Source: Deltaproteobacteria bacterium (GTDB lineage Bacteria; Myxococcota_A; UBA9042). From it: a stretch of 62,843 nucleotides of DNA. A program made the position numbers and the translations under genes. The stretch is taken from contig JACRCU010000311.1 in the NCBI GenBank assembly GCA_016218865.1, positions 1 through 62,843 on the forward strand, in the 5' to 3' direction. Below the pieces are notes generated by a model that was given only the letters and a program-made list of their open reading frames with translations, was not told the DNA's origin and made no database searches. This document shows positions 25,640 through 34,825 of this stretch, in pieces; position 1 is the stretch's first letter; each line of letters begins with the position of its first letter.

Positions 25640-27379
25640 CTAGTCGTTCCGCGTCACGCGCAGCACTTCTTCCAGGGTGGTCAGGCCTTGGCGCAGCTTG
25701 TTCAGTGCCGACATGCGCAGCGTCTGCAGACCGTCTTCGATGGCCACCCGCTTGAGCTCGCCCGACGAGCTGCCCTGCAGCACCGCCTCGCGCAAGTTGT
25801 CGCTCATCGGCATGATCTCGTAGATAGCGACGCGGCCCTTGTAACCCGACTCGTTGCAGGTCTTGCACCCCACGCCCTTCATGAAACCGCCCTTCTCGTA
25901 GTCTTCTTCCGACATGCCGGCGTCGATGCAGGCGCGCTTGTCGGGCTGGAACGGCGCCTTGCACTCTGGGCAGATGCGGCGCACCAGGCGCTGGGCGGCG
26001 ATGAGGTTGAGCGCGGCCGTCACCATGAACGGTTCCACGCCCATGTTCAGCAGACGCGAAATCGTCGACGGGGCGTCGTTGGTGTGCAGGGTCGACAGCA
26101 CCATGTGGCCGGTGAGCGCGGCCTTGATGCCGATTTCCGCCGTCTCGAAGTCACGAATCTCGCCGACCATCAGCACGTCCGGGTCTTGCCGCAAGAACGA
26201 GCGGAGCACCGAGGCGAAGGTCAGGCCGATCGCGTCGTTCATCTGCACCTGGTTGATGCCTTCCAGGTTGAATTCCACGGGATCTTCGGCGGTCGAGCAG
26301 TTCTCGGACACCTTGTTCAGCTCGGTCAGCGCCGAGTACAGCGTCGTCGTCTTGCCCGAACCCGTGGGCCCCGTCACCAGCACCATGCCGAACGGCTGGT
26401 GGATGGCGTGCTTGAACTTGTCCAGCTCGCTCTGGTCGAAGCCCAGCTTGGTCATGTCGGTCTGCAGATTGGCCTTGTCCAGCAGACGCATGACCACTTT
26501 TTCGCCGAACAAGCAGGGCAACACCGACACGCGGAAGTCGCACTCCTTGCCGTCGGCCAGCTTCAGCTTGATACGGCCGTCTTGCGGCAAGCGGCGCTCG
26601 GCAATGTCGAGCTGGCTCATGATCTTGATACGGCTGACGATGGCGTTGCGCAGCTTGAGCGGCGGCCGCATGATCTCGTGCAGCACGCCGTCCACGCGGT
26701 AGCGCACCCGGAAGGCCTTCTCGTACGACTCGATGTGGATGTCCGAAGCGCGGCGCTTGATCGCGTCGATCAGGATGAGGTTCACCAGCTTGACGACGGG
26801 CGCCTCTTCCGAAGACTGCTTGAGCTCCTCGGTGTTGACGTTGTCTTCGTCCGTCATGATCTCAAGGGTTTCGCTCATCTCCTCGAAGATCTGCAGCTGA
26901 TCGACCGAGCCGTACAGCTTGCCGCGCACCTTGACGATGTCGTCCTCGGGCGCGACCACGATCTCGACGTTCAGGCCCGTCTTGAATTTCAGGTCGTCGA
27001 TGGCGTGGTAGTTGCCCGGGTCCGCCAGCGCCACCACCAGGGTGGTCCCGTGCACCGCAATCGGCAAAAGCTGGTGGCGTTCGCACAGTTCGCGCGGCAC
27101 CAAGCGGGTCACGTCGGGCGCGATCTCTACCTGGGTCAGGTCGATCGACGGCACCTGGTACTGCCGCGACAAGAAGTCGACCATCTGCGATTTGTCGACG
27201 TAGCCCAGCGCCTGCAGGGTCGAGCCCAGGTGCTTGCCGGTCTTGGCCGCCTCGGCCGCCGCATTCTTGAGCTGCTCGACCGACACCACCCGCTCGCGCA
27301 GGAGCATGTCGCCCATGCCCTTGGCGACGGCGGGCAAGTACTGCGAAGGGCGTGAACGGACGGGGGTATCGTCAGACAT
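25640..27379 (-). CDS. pilB: type IV pilus assembly ATPase PilB (GspE family)
   Basis: ATG 27379. N-terminal GSPII_E_N-type domain. Walker A GPTGSGKTT. Asp and His boxes are present. Tetracysteine CPECK...CKTC. Confidence 0.9.
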   Translation of the reverse strand: MSDDTPVRSRPSQYLPAVAKGMGDMLLRERVVSVEQLKNAAAEAAKTGKHLGSTLQALGYVDKSQMVDFLSRQYQVPSIDLTQVEIAPDVTRLVPRELCERHQLLPIAVHGTTLVVALADPGNYHAIDDLKFKTGLNVEIVVAPEDDIVKVRGKLYGSVDQLQIFEEMSETLEIMTDEDNVNTEELKQSSEEAPVVKLVNLILIDAIKRRASDIHIESYEKAFRVRYRVDGVLHEIMRPPLKLRNAIVSRIKIMSQLDIAERRLPQDGRIKLKLADGKECDFRVSVLPCLFGEKVVMRLLDKANLQTDMTKLGFDQSELDKFKHAIHQPFGMVLVTGPTGSGKTTTLYSALTELNKVSENCSTAEDPVEFNLEGINQVQMNDAIGLTFASVLRSFLRQDPDVLMVGEIRDFETAEIGIKAALTGHMVLSTLHTNDAPSTISRLLNMGVEPFMVTAALNLIAAQRLVRRICPECKAPFQPDKRACIDAGMSEEDYEKGGFMKGVGCKTCNESGYKGRVAIYEIMPMSDNLREAVLQGSSSGELKRVAIEDGLQTLRMSALNKLRQGLTTLEEVLRVTRND

Positions 27380-27624
27380 GGAGTTGAACCTCGGCGACAG
27401 CGGCACATCTGGGCACAGCCCCGCGCCAGACGGCTCGGAGCGAATCCGGCAACGGGCAACACAATGAACCATGCCGTCCGGCCTACCGGTCGGGCAGCTT
27501 CATCGCTCACACCGTAGCAGATGATGCGAAATCCGCAATCGCGCGGGCGCCAACCCAACCCCGCCGGCCGAGGCCATGTGCCGCCTCGCCGGGGAGTGAT
27601 GAGCCTGAATGTCCGGGAAAAGTC

Positions 27625-28785
27625 TTAGATGTACCAGACTTTCAGCGACTCGCTTGGGTACCAGTTCGGCGCATCCGACAGGTGAGTGCCGTCGAAGACA
27701 TCGACGTGGCCCGTGCCCGAGAAGCCGAAGATCTTGTCGAACGCCACGATGCCGCGCTTGCCGGCCACCACGGGCTCGATGTCGCGGTCAAACGTGGTCT
27801 GGAACTCGTCCGAGGTCTTGAAGCGCTTGCCGTTTGGCCACTGCTGGTGCGGTTGGCCGGCGTACTTGGTCAGGTACGTCCACATTTCTTTGGCCGACAG
27901 GATGTAGAACCAGCCGGTCTTCTTGCTGTAGGGGATGCGCCCCGGGTCCAGACCGGCCGCCTTGGCCTTCTCCTTGGTGATTTTCAAGTCGCCGCCCAGC
28001 TTGTTCAGCATGATCGACAGGCGGATCGCGCAGGTGTTGCTGTAGGCGTCCGGGCTCCAGCCTTGCTGGACCAGCAGGTCCGAGCTGGCCTGGTTCTGGC
28101 CCGAATCCTCTTGGTAGTTGTGGGGGTGTGCGTCCCACATCTTCTGGAAGTCGTCGGGCAGGCCACCGTTGCGGCTGCCGGGAGCGCCCTGGCGCGCGGC
28201 GTTGCCGCCCTGGGCCTGGGCCTGGGTCTGGCCGCCCGGAGCGGCGACGGTGGCGGCGGGCGTGCGCGGGGTGGTGGCGGCGCGCTCGGTAGCCGGGCGC
28301 GGCGTGGTCGGCGCCGAGGTCACCGCGGGCTCTTGCTCCATCGCTTCCAAGGTGATGCGGCCGAAAACGCCGGTCGCGGGCACACCGTGGGTGGCCTGCC
28401 AAGCTTTGAGCGCCTTGGTCGTGCGCGGACCCCACTGGCCATCGGCGCCGGCGGGACCGACGTCGAGACCTTGGGCCAGCAGAAACTGTTGGATGGCGCG
28501 GATGGCCGGACCCTGCGCCCCCGGGTTCAGGTAGACCTGACCGGTCGCCACGGTTTCCAGCACGTGGTCGCCGCTGAAAAGCGGCTGACGCAGCGCACCA
28601 CCGCCCGGCGCCGCGGGACGCTGCGGCTGCTGCCCTCCGGCTCCCGAAGCTGGTGCGGATCCGGGGGTGCCGCCGCCGGCCTCTTGCGGCCGCTGACGCA
28701 CTCCACTCGACACGTTGGCTTGCTGCACCCGCTGACCGGCGGCCGGCACAGGCGAACTCGACTGGGGTGGGGTGTGAACCGGCAT
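27625..28785 (-). CDS. PG_binding_1 domain fused to a Tae4-family (T6SS amidase effector 4-like) peptidoglycan amidase domain
   Basis: The PG-binding repeat is GAQGPAIRAIQQFLLAQGLDVGPAGADGQWGPRTTKALKAWQATHG. The C-terminal NTCAIRLSIMLN (Cys264, numbered from 28821) and GTGHVDVFDG match the Tae4 Cys/His motifs as I recall them (NACPIRMSYVLN, GHVTLWNG). The start is either 28785 or 28821. Confidence 0.8.
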   Translation of the reverse strand: MPVHTPPQSSSPVPAAGQRVQQANVSSGVRQRPQEAGGGTPGSAPASGAGGQQPQRPAAPGGGALRQPLFSGDHVLETVATGQVYLNPGAQGPAIRAIQQFLLAQGLDVGPAGADGQWGPRTTKALKAWQATHGVPATGVFGRITLEAMEQEPAVTSAPTTPRPATERAATTPRTPAATVAAPGGQTQAQAQGGNAARQGAPGSRNGGLPDDFQKMWDAHPHNYQEDSGQNQASSDLLVQQGWSPDAYSNTCAIRLSIMLNKLGGDLKITKEKAKAAGLDPGRIPYSKKTGWFYILSAKEMWTYLTKYAGQPHQQWPNGKRFKTSDEFQTTFDRDIEPVVAGKRGIVAFDKIFGFSGTGHVDVFDGTHLSDAPNWYPSESLKVWYI

Positions 28786-28913
28786 GGGCTTCTCCACAGC
28801 GTGCGCCGCTGCTCGCCCCAAAGTATGCCACGAATCGAGCGGTGTCGCGCGTCGCCGTCAACCCCCCCGGCACTGACCGGGGTGTCGCCGCCCCAGGGCG
28901 CGATCGACCCAGC

Positions 28914-29981
28914 TCAGGCGTTGGCGGTCAATGCGGCCAGTCGCTCGTACAATTCCTTTTGATCTTTGCTGAGTTGACGTGGAACGACCAGCTTGACGTG
29001 GGCGATCTGATCGCCGCGGCCGCTGCCCGACAAATGCGGGATACCTTTGCCGCGCAGGCGCACCCGCTCCCCAGGCTGCACGCCCGCCGGCAGCTTGACC
29101 TTTTCGCGGCTGCCGTCGATCAGCGGCACCTCGACCAACCCGCCCAGCACCGCGGTGGGCACGTCGACCTCGACCTCGCAGTGCAAGTCGTCGTCCTGGC
29201 GCTGGAAAATCTCGTGCCCGGCCACCTGCAGCACCACGTACAAGTCGCCCGAAGGCTGACCGGGGGCGCCGCGCTCGCCTTCGCCGCCCACGCGCAGACG
29301 CGTGCCGGTGTCGACGCCGGGCGGGACTTTCACGCCCACCTTGCGCTCGACGCGGGTGCTGCCCGAGCCGCCGCAGCTGGTGCAGCGGTTGGCCGGCTTG
29401 ATGGTGGTGCCCTGACCGCCGCAGCTGGGGCACGAAACCGCAAACATGAAGGGACCTTGGCGGGTGCTGACCTGGCCGCGGCCGTGGCACTTGCTGCACT
29501 GCTCGGGCGCGGTGCCGGGCTTGGCGCCGGACCCGTGGCAGGTTTCGCACGGCTCGACCCGCGGGATGGTCAGCTCTTTGCGCACGCCGCTGAAGGCTTC
29601 TTCCAGCGAGATGCCCAGGTCGTACCGCAAGTCCGCGCCGCGACTGGCCCGCTGCCGACCGCCGCGCCCGCCGCCGCCGAAGATGTCGCCAAAGATGTCG
29701 CCAAAGTGCGAGAACAGGTCGTCCATGTTGCCGTACTGGCCGCCGCCCGCCGCGCCCTGTACGCCTTGGTGCCCGTAGCGGTCGTAGCGGGCGCGCTTGT
29801 CGGCGTCCGACAGCACGTCGTAGGCCTCGGCCGCCTCTTTGAACGACTCCTCGGCCACCTTGTCGCCCGGGTTGCGATCGGGGTGGAATTTCATGGCGGC
29901 GGCGCGGAAGGCCTTCTTGATGTCGGCGTCGCCAGCGTCGCGGGCCACGCCCAGCACTTCGTAATAGTCGCGTTTCGACAT
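28914..29981 (-). CDS. dnaJ: molecular chaperone DnaJ
   Basis: ATG 29981 follows GGAG. J domain DYYEVLGV...HPDRN, a G/F region, and four CxxCxGxG zinc-finger motifs. Confidence 0.9.
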   Translation of the reverse strand: MSKRDYYEVLGVARDAGDADIKKAFRAAAMKFHPDRNPGDKVAEESFKEAAEAYDVLSDADKRARYDRYGHQGVQGAAGGGQYGNMDDLFSHFGDIFGDIFGGGGRGGRQRASRGADLRYDLGISLEEAFSGVRKELTIPRVEPCETCHGSGAKPGTAPEQCSKCHGRGQVSTRQGPFMFAVSCPSCGGQGTTIKPANRCTSCGGSGSTRVERKVGVKVPPGVDTGTRLRVGGEGERGAPGQPSGDLYVVLQVAGHEIFQRQDDDLHCEVEVDVPTAVLGGLVEVPLIDGSREKVKLPAGVQPGERVRLRGKGIPHLSGSGRGDQIAHVKLVVPRQLSKDQKELYERLAALTANA

Positions 29982-30204
29982 GGATCTCCGGAGCGAGGGA
30001 ACGAGCGCAAGCCGCGCTGCGAGCATAGAACGACACCTACGCTCGCCACGCAGGCCGCAAGCAAGGTCGCGCGCGCGGTCTGTCAAGCCCCCCCGCGGGA
30101 TCCCTCTGGTCCGTGCCCGCGCTGCGCGCCGCCCCGGTGCGGGCCCAGCCCGTGAATTCGTCGGCCAATGCAGGCCGCATCCGCCATGCAAGCACATGAA
30201 ATGT

Positions 30205-30870
30205 ATGAATGAACCCGATGCGACCCGGGTGCGCGGCCGCAAACTCGGGTTCGACGTCGGCCGACTTGGTGCTATCCTGCGCCGCGGCTCCGGACGGGCA
30301 GCCGGGCAAGGGCGACGCGTGCGAGAAGAGAATCCGGCGAATCAGGGCGGAGTTGGGCTTGGTGCGCCGCCGACGCTCGAGCAGGTGCGGGCCTGGATTG
30401 CCGAGCTCGGCGCCCACCACGTGCAGAGCTTGGGACCCGCGGGGGCGCCCACGGCGGTGATCGCGTGGTACCGCACGCACCTGCAGTCGGTCGAGCTGCG
30501 CGAGGCCCACGGCCTGGTGTGGCTGAACCTGCACAGCACGTTTTGCGTGGCGCCCAAGCGGCCGGCGGCGGTACTGCCCTTGCTGGCCCACGCCAACCTG
30601 CAGATCGAGACTGGTCGCTGGTTTCGCAAGCAGCACCCGCTGCGGCTCGCTTGCAGCTACGACGTGCCGGCGGCGGGCCTGGACCAGGACGGTTTTGCCC
30701 GGCTGTGGCAGCGGTTCCACGACGATGTGCTCAGCCACGGCATCGAGATTACTCTGAAAACTCGCGGCGAGGCCTGGGTCCGCTGGCTGGCCGAGCGCGG
30801 CCGGGCCCCCAAGGGTCTGCTGGCGCGGCGGCGGCGCAAGCCGAGCCGGCCCGCTCCGGAGGCGCCGTGA
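30205..30870 (+). CDS. YbjN-like (T3SS-chaperone-fold) protein, tentative
   Basis: The coding frame is supported by the GTGA junction with the next gene. The start is uncertain (ATG 30196/30205 or further downstream). The fold assignment rests only on pattern similarity. Confidence 0.4.
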   Translation: MNEPDATRVRGRKLGFDVGRLGAILRRGSGRAAGQGRRVREENPANQGGVGLGAPPTLEQVRAWIAELGAHHVQSLGPAGAPTAVIAWYRTHLQSVELREAHGLVWLNLHSTFCVAPKRPAAVLPLLAHANLQIETGRWFRKQHPLRLACSYDVPAAGLDQDGFARLWQRFHDDVLSHGIEITLKTRGEAWVRWLAERGRAPKGLLARRRRKPSRPAPEAP

Positions 30871-31532
30871 TCGACGAACTGAACTACGATCCGCCCTGGG
30901 GCGGCGACTGGCCGGCCGACGGTCAAGCCATCGACGTGCCCAGCCCGGCGCCGTCGGCCGCCTGGGTCGCGCTGCGCCAGCAGCTGCAAGCCATCGGCTT
31001 CGAGGCCGAACCCAACATCCACCCCGAGGTCGGCCTGGTCGGCTACAGCCTGCGCGTGCGCAATGCGAGCGTCGGCGTGGGGGTGGTGCAGCGCGGCGCC
31101 GGTCTGCAACTGGCGGTCACAGCGGTGCTTTGTCGCGGCATGGACCGCGCGCGGCTGGCGCTGGCGGCCATCGACCGCGCCAATCGCGATCTGCGGCTGG
31201 GGCAGATGCTGTTCTATCCCGGGCCGCCGCCCGAGCTGGCCTTCTATTTGTCTTTGCCTTGGGAGCACTTGCGTGGTGGGTTGCTGGCACCGACGCTCAC
31301 GGCGGTGCTGCGCGAGATCGAGCAGGTCGGCTTCCCGGCGGTCGCCCTGGTGCAGGGCTATCATCCCGGCGACTTGGAACAGCTTTTTCGACAGCTGGAG
31401 GAACTGGCCGCCGCGCAACCCGCTCCGGCCGACGCCGAGGCCAGCCCCCCGCCGCTGGCCGAGCCGCCGCCGGCGCCGCGCCCCACCGCGGTGCGCAAGC
31501 GTAAGAAAATCAAGACTTCCGACCCCGACTAG
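30867..31532 (+). CDS. YbjN-like (T3SS-chaperone-fold) protein, tentative
   Basis: GTG 30867 overlaps the upstream TGA (GTGA). The pattern LVGYSLRVRNASVGVGV...LQLAVTAVL...IDRANRDLRLGQMLFY...ELAFYLSLPWE is YbjN-like. The tail is Pro/Ala-rich. Confidence 0.45.
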   Translation: MIDELNYDPPWGGDWPADGQAIDVPSPAPSAAWVALRQQLQAIGFEAEPNIHPEVGLVGYSLRVRNASVGVGVVQRGAGLQLAVTAVLCRGMDRARLALAAIDRANRDLRLGQMLFYPGPPPELAFYLSLPWEHLRGGLLAPTLTAVLREIEQVGFPAVALVQGYHPGDLEQLFRQLEELAAAQPAPADAEASPPPLAEPPPAPRPTAVRKRKKIKTSDPD

Positions 31533-31553
31533 CCCGCCTTTGCCGCCCGACGA

Positions 31554-33527
31554 TTGACGTTGACCACCCCTGGCGCCGTCCCTACACTGAAGGGCTGGGC
31601 AGGGGTTCGCCGGCACGGTCGCCGTTGGCCCGTCGCCGTCTGTCCCGCTGCCTGTGCACCGAAGCCTGGAGGACGATTGCCGCATTCGCGCGAGTCCGAG
31701 CCCGCCGCCGCACCCTTGAACCCGGGACCCGCGGGCGCTGGCCCCGAATTGCCAAACGCCTCGGCGGGTTCGCTGCTGGGCAGTTGGCTGCCTGCGATCC
31801 TGATCGCCACTTGCCTGGGCGCGGTCCTGGCCGTCGGCTGGGCGCAGCTGGGGCCCGGTCCCGGGGATCTGGATCCCCGCGAGCTAGACCTGCAGACCAT
31901 CGATCGCCGCGCTCGCGCGCTGGTCGGCGAACCCGATCAGCTCACGGCGGCCCTGGCCGGGACGGCGCCGGCCGAGGCCTGGGCTGCCCGCAGTACCTTC
32001 GAACTGCCTGAACATCAAACCGAAAACTTCAACGGCGACCTTCAAGCTCGCGGCGACGCCAGCACCGACTATGGCGTGTGGCCGCCTACCGGCGAAGGCA
32101 GCGACCGCGATGGCGAAAGCGCCTTCCCGGCCGGCACCGGTCAGCCCGCCCCGTTCGAGAACGAGACCGGGCGGCCGCGCGCGCCGCTCAAGCGCTACGA
32201 CGGCGATGCGGTGGTGCTGTGGACCGACACCAAGTCCGAGTACGCCAGCGAGTTGTTGGTGCGCCTGGACCGCTTTCTCAGCCAGGCCCACGCCGAGATG
32301 GCGCGGGTGCTGCAGGTCGAGAGCAAGCCCAAGCCAGTCCAGATCTACGTATTCGAGAGCCAGGAGCGCTACCAAGACTACGCGCGCGAGCACGCCCCCG
32401 GGCTGGTGAACAACGGCGGCTTCTACGACGGCGGCCTGCGCACCGTGGTCACCTACCGCTACAACAATTCGATGCAGTTGTACTTCCACGAGCTGGTCCA
32501 CGCCATGATGGGCGAGCTGTTCCAAGACCACCACTTCACGCGGTACACCAAGCGCAACTGGCCGATTTGGTTCGACGAGGGCATCAGCGAGTACTTGGGC
32601 TCCTTCGAGCTGGCGGCTGGTCAGGTGCACATCCCGGCGCTGAACAAGGGCAAGCTGGCCTACCTGGCCAACGCGATGAACAACCGCGTTTTCATCGACA
32701 TCCCAGCCCTGCTCAAGGCTCCGGCCGAGCGGTTCTCGGGCTCGTCGATGAACATCTACTACGCCGAGTCGTGGGGGCTGCTGCAGTTCTTGCTGTCGTC
32801 GCCGACCACCCGGCCCAAGGTGGCGCAGTTCTTTCGGCAGATCCGCAACGGCGACGACGGCTTATTGGCCTTCAAGGCCTGCTTTGGCGAGGACACGGCC
32901 GCGCTCTCCGAGGCGTGGAAGGCCCACATCTACAACCTGACTCGCACCGAACCCGGGGCCCAGGCGCTGTTTTCGGGCGACACCATCGACGACTGGACCA
33001 TCCACGAGGGCGGCCATTGGCGCGCCGGCGGCGGCGAAATCAGCGGGCAGGGCGACCGCAACTACAACTACCTGATCAAAAGCGAGCTGCCGGTCACCGA
33101 TTTTGCCTACGAGTTGGACGTCAAGCTGCAGCGCGGCACGGCGGGTTTGATCCTGGGCAACAATTTCCACGGCGAATACCCGTACTACTACCTCATCGAG
33201 GTGGCCCGCGATGTGGTGATGGTGCGGCGCGCCTGGTCCGCCAGCCAGATCGAGCCCGTGATCCAGGCCTATGCCGACGTCCCGCAGGGCGAGTGGGTGC
33301 ACGTGCGGGTCGCCGTGAGCGATCGGGTGCTGCGGCTGACGGTGGGCGGGCGGCAGGTGCTGCAGACGCGGGTCGATCGCGATCGCTACTCGCTGTTCGG
33401 TTTGTACCTGTACCGGGCCAAAGTGCAGTTCCGCAATATCGTGCTGCTGCGCGACGGGCCGCGCCAATTCTCGGGCACGCCGCCCACACCGGCGGGCGGG
33501 CCGGCCGAGGCCAAGCCAGGTCCTTGA
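31554..33527 (+). CDS. membrane-anchored peptidase-MA-like (DUF1570-type HExxH) protein fused to a DUF1080/LamG-like domain
   Basis: TM segment LLGSWLPAILIATCLGAVLAVGW. FHELVHAM plus WFDEGISEYLG. The C-terminal DDWTIHEGGHWRAGGGEISG...VQFRNIVLL resembles DUF1080. The start is uncertain (TTG 31554, or TTG 31677 after GGAGGA). Confidence 0.65.
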   Translation: MTLTTPGAVPTLKGWAGVRRHGRRWPVAVCPAACAPKPGGRLPHSRESEPAAAPLNPGPAGAGPELPNASAGSLLGSWLPAILIATCLGAVLAVGWAQLGPGPGDLDPRELDLQTIDRRARALVGEPDQLTAALAGTAPAEAWAARSTFELPEHQTENFNGDLQARGDASTDYGVWPPTGEGSDRDGESAFPAGTGQPAPFENETGRPRAPLKRYDGDAVVLWTDTKSEYASELLVRLDRFLSQAHAEMARVLQVESKPKPVQIYVFESQERYQDYAREHAPGLVNNGGFYDGGLRTVVTYRYNNSMQLYFHELVHAMMGELFQDHHFTRYTKRNWPIWFDEGISEYLGSFELAAGQVHIPALNKGKLAYLANAMNNRVFIDIPALLKAPAERFSGSSMNIYYAESWGLLQFLLSSPTTRPKVAQFFRQIRNGDDGLLAFKACFGEDTAALSEAWKAHIYNLTRTEPGAQALFSGDTIDDWTIHEGGHWRAGGGEISGQGDRNYNYLIKSELPVTDFAYELDVKLQRGTAGLILGNNFHGEYPYYYLIEVARDVVMVRRAWSASQIEPVIQAYADVPQGEWVHVRVAVSDRVLRLTVGGRQVLQTRVDRDRYSLFGLYLYRAKVQFRNIVLLRDGPRQFSGTPPTPAGGPAEAKPGP

Positions 33528-33689
33528 ATTAGCGCATGAATTCGGTCCATGCGCCGACTCCGAGCGACCGGGTCCGCGCGTCCGCCACGGCGACCTATCT
33601 TGGTGGGGTGGCCACGGCGCATTTGTCGGCGCGGCCGGTCTAGTTCACAATCGCCGACGGGGCCGTCGCAGGGGCGACGCGAGGCAACC

Positions 33690-34586
33690 ATGGCGCAGCA
33701 ACCGCACGACGAGGCGACCCGTCTGCATCCGGGGTCGGGGTACCCGGGTCAGGGGCACGACGCTTCCGGCATGGCCAGCGACGAGCTGCCGCCCGAGCTG
33801 GAGGCGCCGCCGTTCCAGGCCCAGCGGCCCAGCACCAATACGCAATTCTCGGTGGCGTCGATGGACGATGCGCCACCGCTGCCGCCCGGTCCGCGCCGCA
33901 CCCTGATGCCCGCGCCCGAGCGCCAGCGCCCGTCGCTGTTGCCCCAGGGCTACGAGCAGCCGCCCAAGCTGCCGGGCGCCAGCCGGCAAGCCGATCCCGG
34001 CTTGGTGCGGCCCGTGCGTCCGAACAGCAGCGGTGTCGAGCCCAAGCGCGAAGGCTCCGACGTCATCCAGGTCTACGACACCGGGCAGAGCGGCGAACCC
34101 AAGCGCGCGACCATCCACAACATGGCGCCGCCGCGCACTTCCGCGCCGGCCGCGGTCCCCAGCCCACCCCCGGCCCAGCGCGCGCCGATTCGCAAGGTGG
34201 CGACCGTGCCGCCGGTGGCCCCGCAGCGCCCGTCGACCGTGCTGCCGCCGCCCAGCCCGCTGCCGCTCGACGCCGGCGCCATGGTCGGGTTGATGGCCGC
34301 CCATCGCGCCCAGATGGGGTCGCTCGACACCTATGCGCGCTACCTAGAAGTCGGCGCCAGCATTGTGGGAACCGCCGCGGCGGGCTTCATGATCGCCAGT
34401 CTGGTCGCGCTGCTCGTCACCTCGGGCAACACCCTGCTGGGGGCCGCGGCCGCGCTGGTGACCGAACTGGTGGGGCTCGCGGTGGCGCTGATGATGGTGG
34501 CGCTGGCCACCGCGCTCCGCCATGTGGCCTCGATGGCGTCGCAACTGGCCGCCCTGCTCGAAGCGCTGTCGCAGACGCGTCGCTAG
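33690..34586 (+). CDS. Pro-rich protein with C-terminal TM helices
   Basis: ATG 33690. The N-terminal two thirds are Pro/Ala-rich and low-complexity. There are 2-3 C-terminal TM helices (IVGTAAAGFMIASLVALLV..., LVGLAVALMMVALATAL). Confidence 0.5.
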   Translation: MAQQPHDEATRLHPGSGYPGQGHDASGMASDELPPELEAPPFQAQRPSTNTQFSVASMDDAPPLPPGPRRTLMPAPERQRPSLLPQGYEQPPKLPGASRQADPGLVRPVRPNSSGVEPKREGSDVIQVYDTGQSGEPKRATIHNMAPPRTSAPAAVPSPPPAQRAPIRKVATVPPVAPQRPSTVLPPPSPLPLDAGAMVGLMAAHRAQMGSLDTYARYLEVGASIVGTAAAGFMIASLVALLVTSGNTLLGAAAALVTELVGLAVALMMVALATALRHVASMASQLAALLEALSQTRR

Positions 34587-34796
34587 AGCGCCGATCCGCT
34601 GATGCCTGGCAGCCGCGCACCGGGCTTGGTTATTCTTGGGAGTTGCTGCTGCTGGGTGGGTCGCAAGCTCGCCCTTTGGGACTCGCCGCGGCGCGCAATT
34701 CGGCTGGTGCCTCTTTGGGGGTCGGTGCCCTAGATCGCCCTGGGGGCGGCCGTTGCGATCCTGTGGCAGCCATACGGCGCCCGGCGCCCCGCTTCG

Positions 34797-34825
34797 TTGA
34801 CGCAAACTGGGCGCGAACCTATCCT
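34797..34825 (+). promoter_or_regulatory. candidate sigma70-type promoter upstream of gap
   Basis: TTGACG (34797-34802), 17-nt spacer, TATCCT (34820-34825). It lies about 185 nt upstream of ATG 35009. Confidence 0.3.

Noticed and set aside
27625-28821. Inferring a type VI secretion locus from the Tae4-like gene.
   Set aside because: No Hcp, VgrG, PAAR, TssA-M or immunity gene is visible anywhere in the 62.8 kb. Only the domain family is called, not the delivery route.
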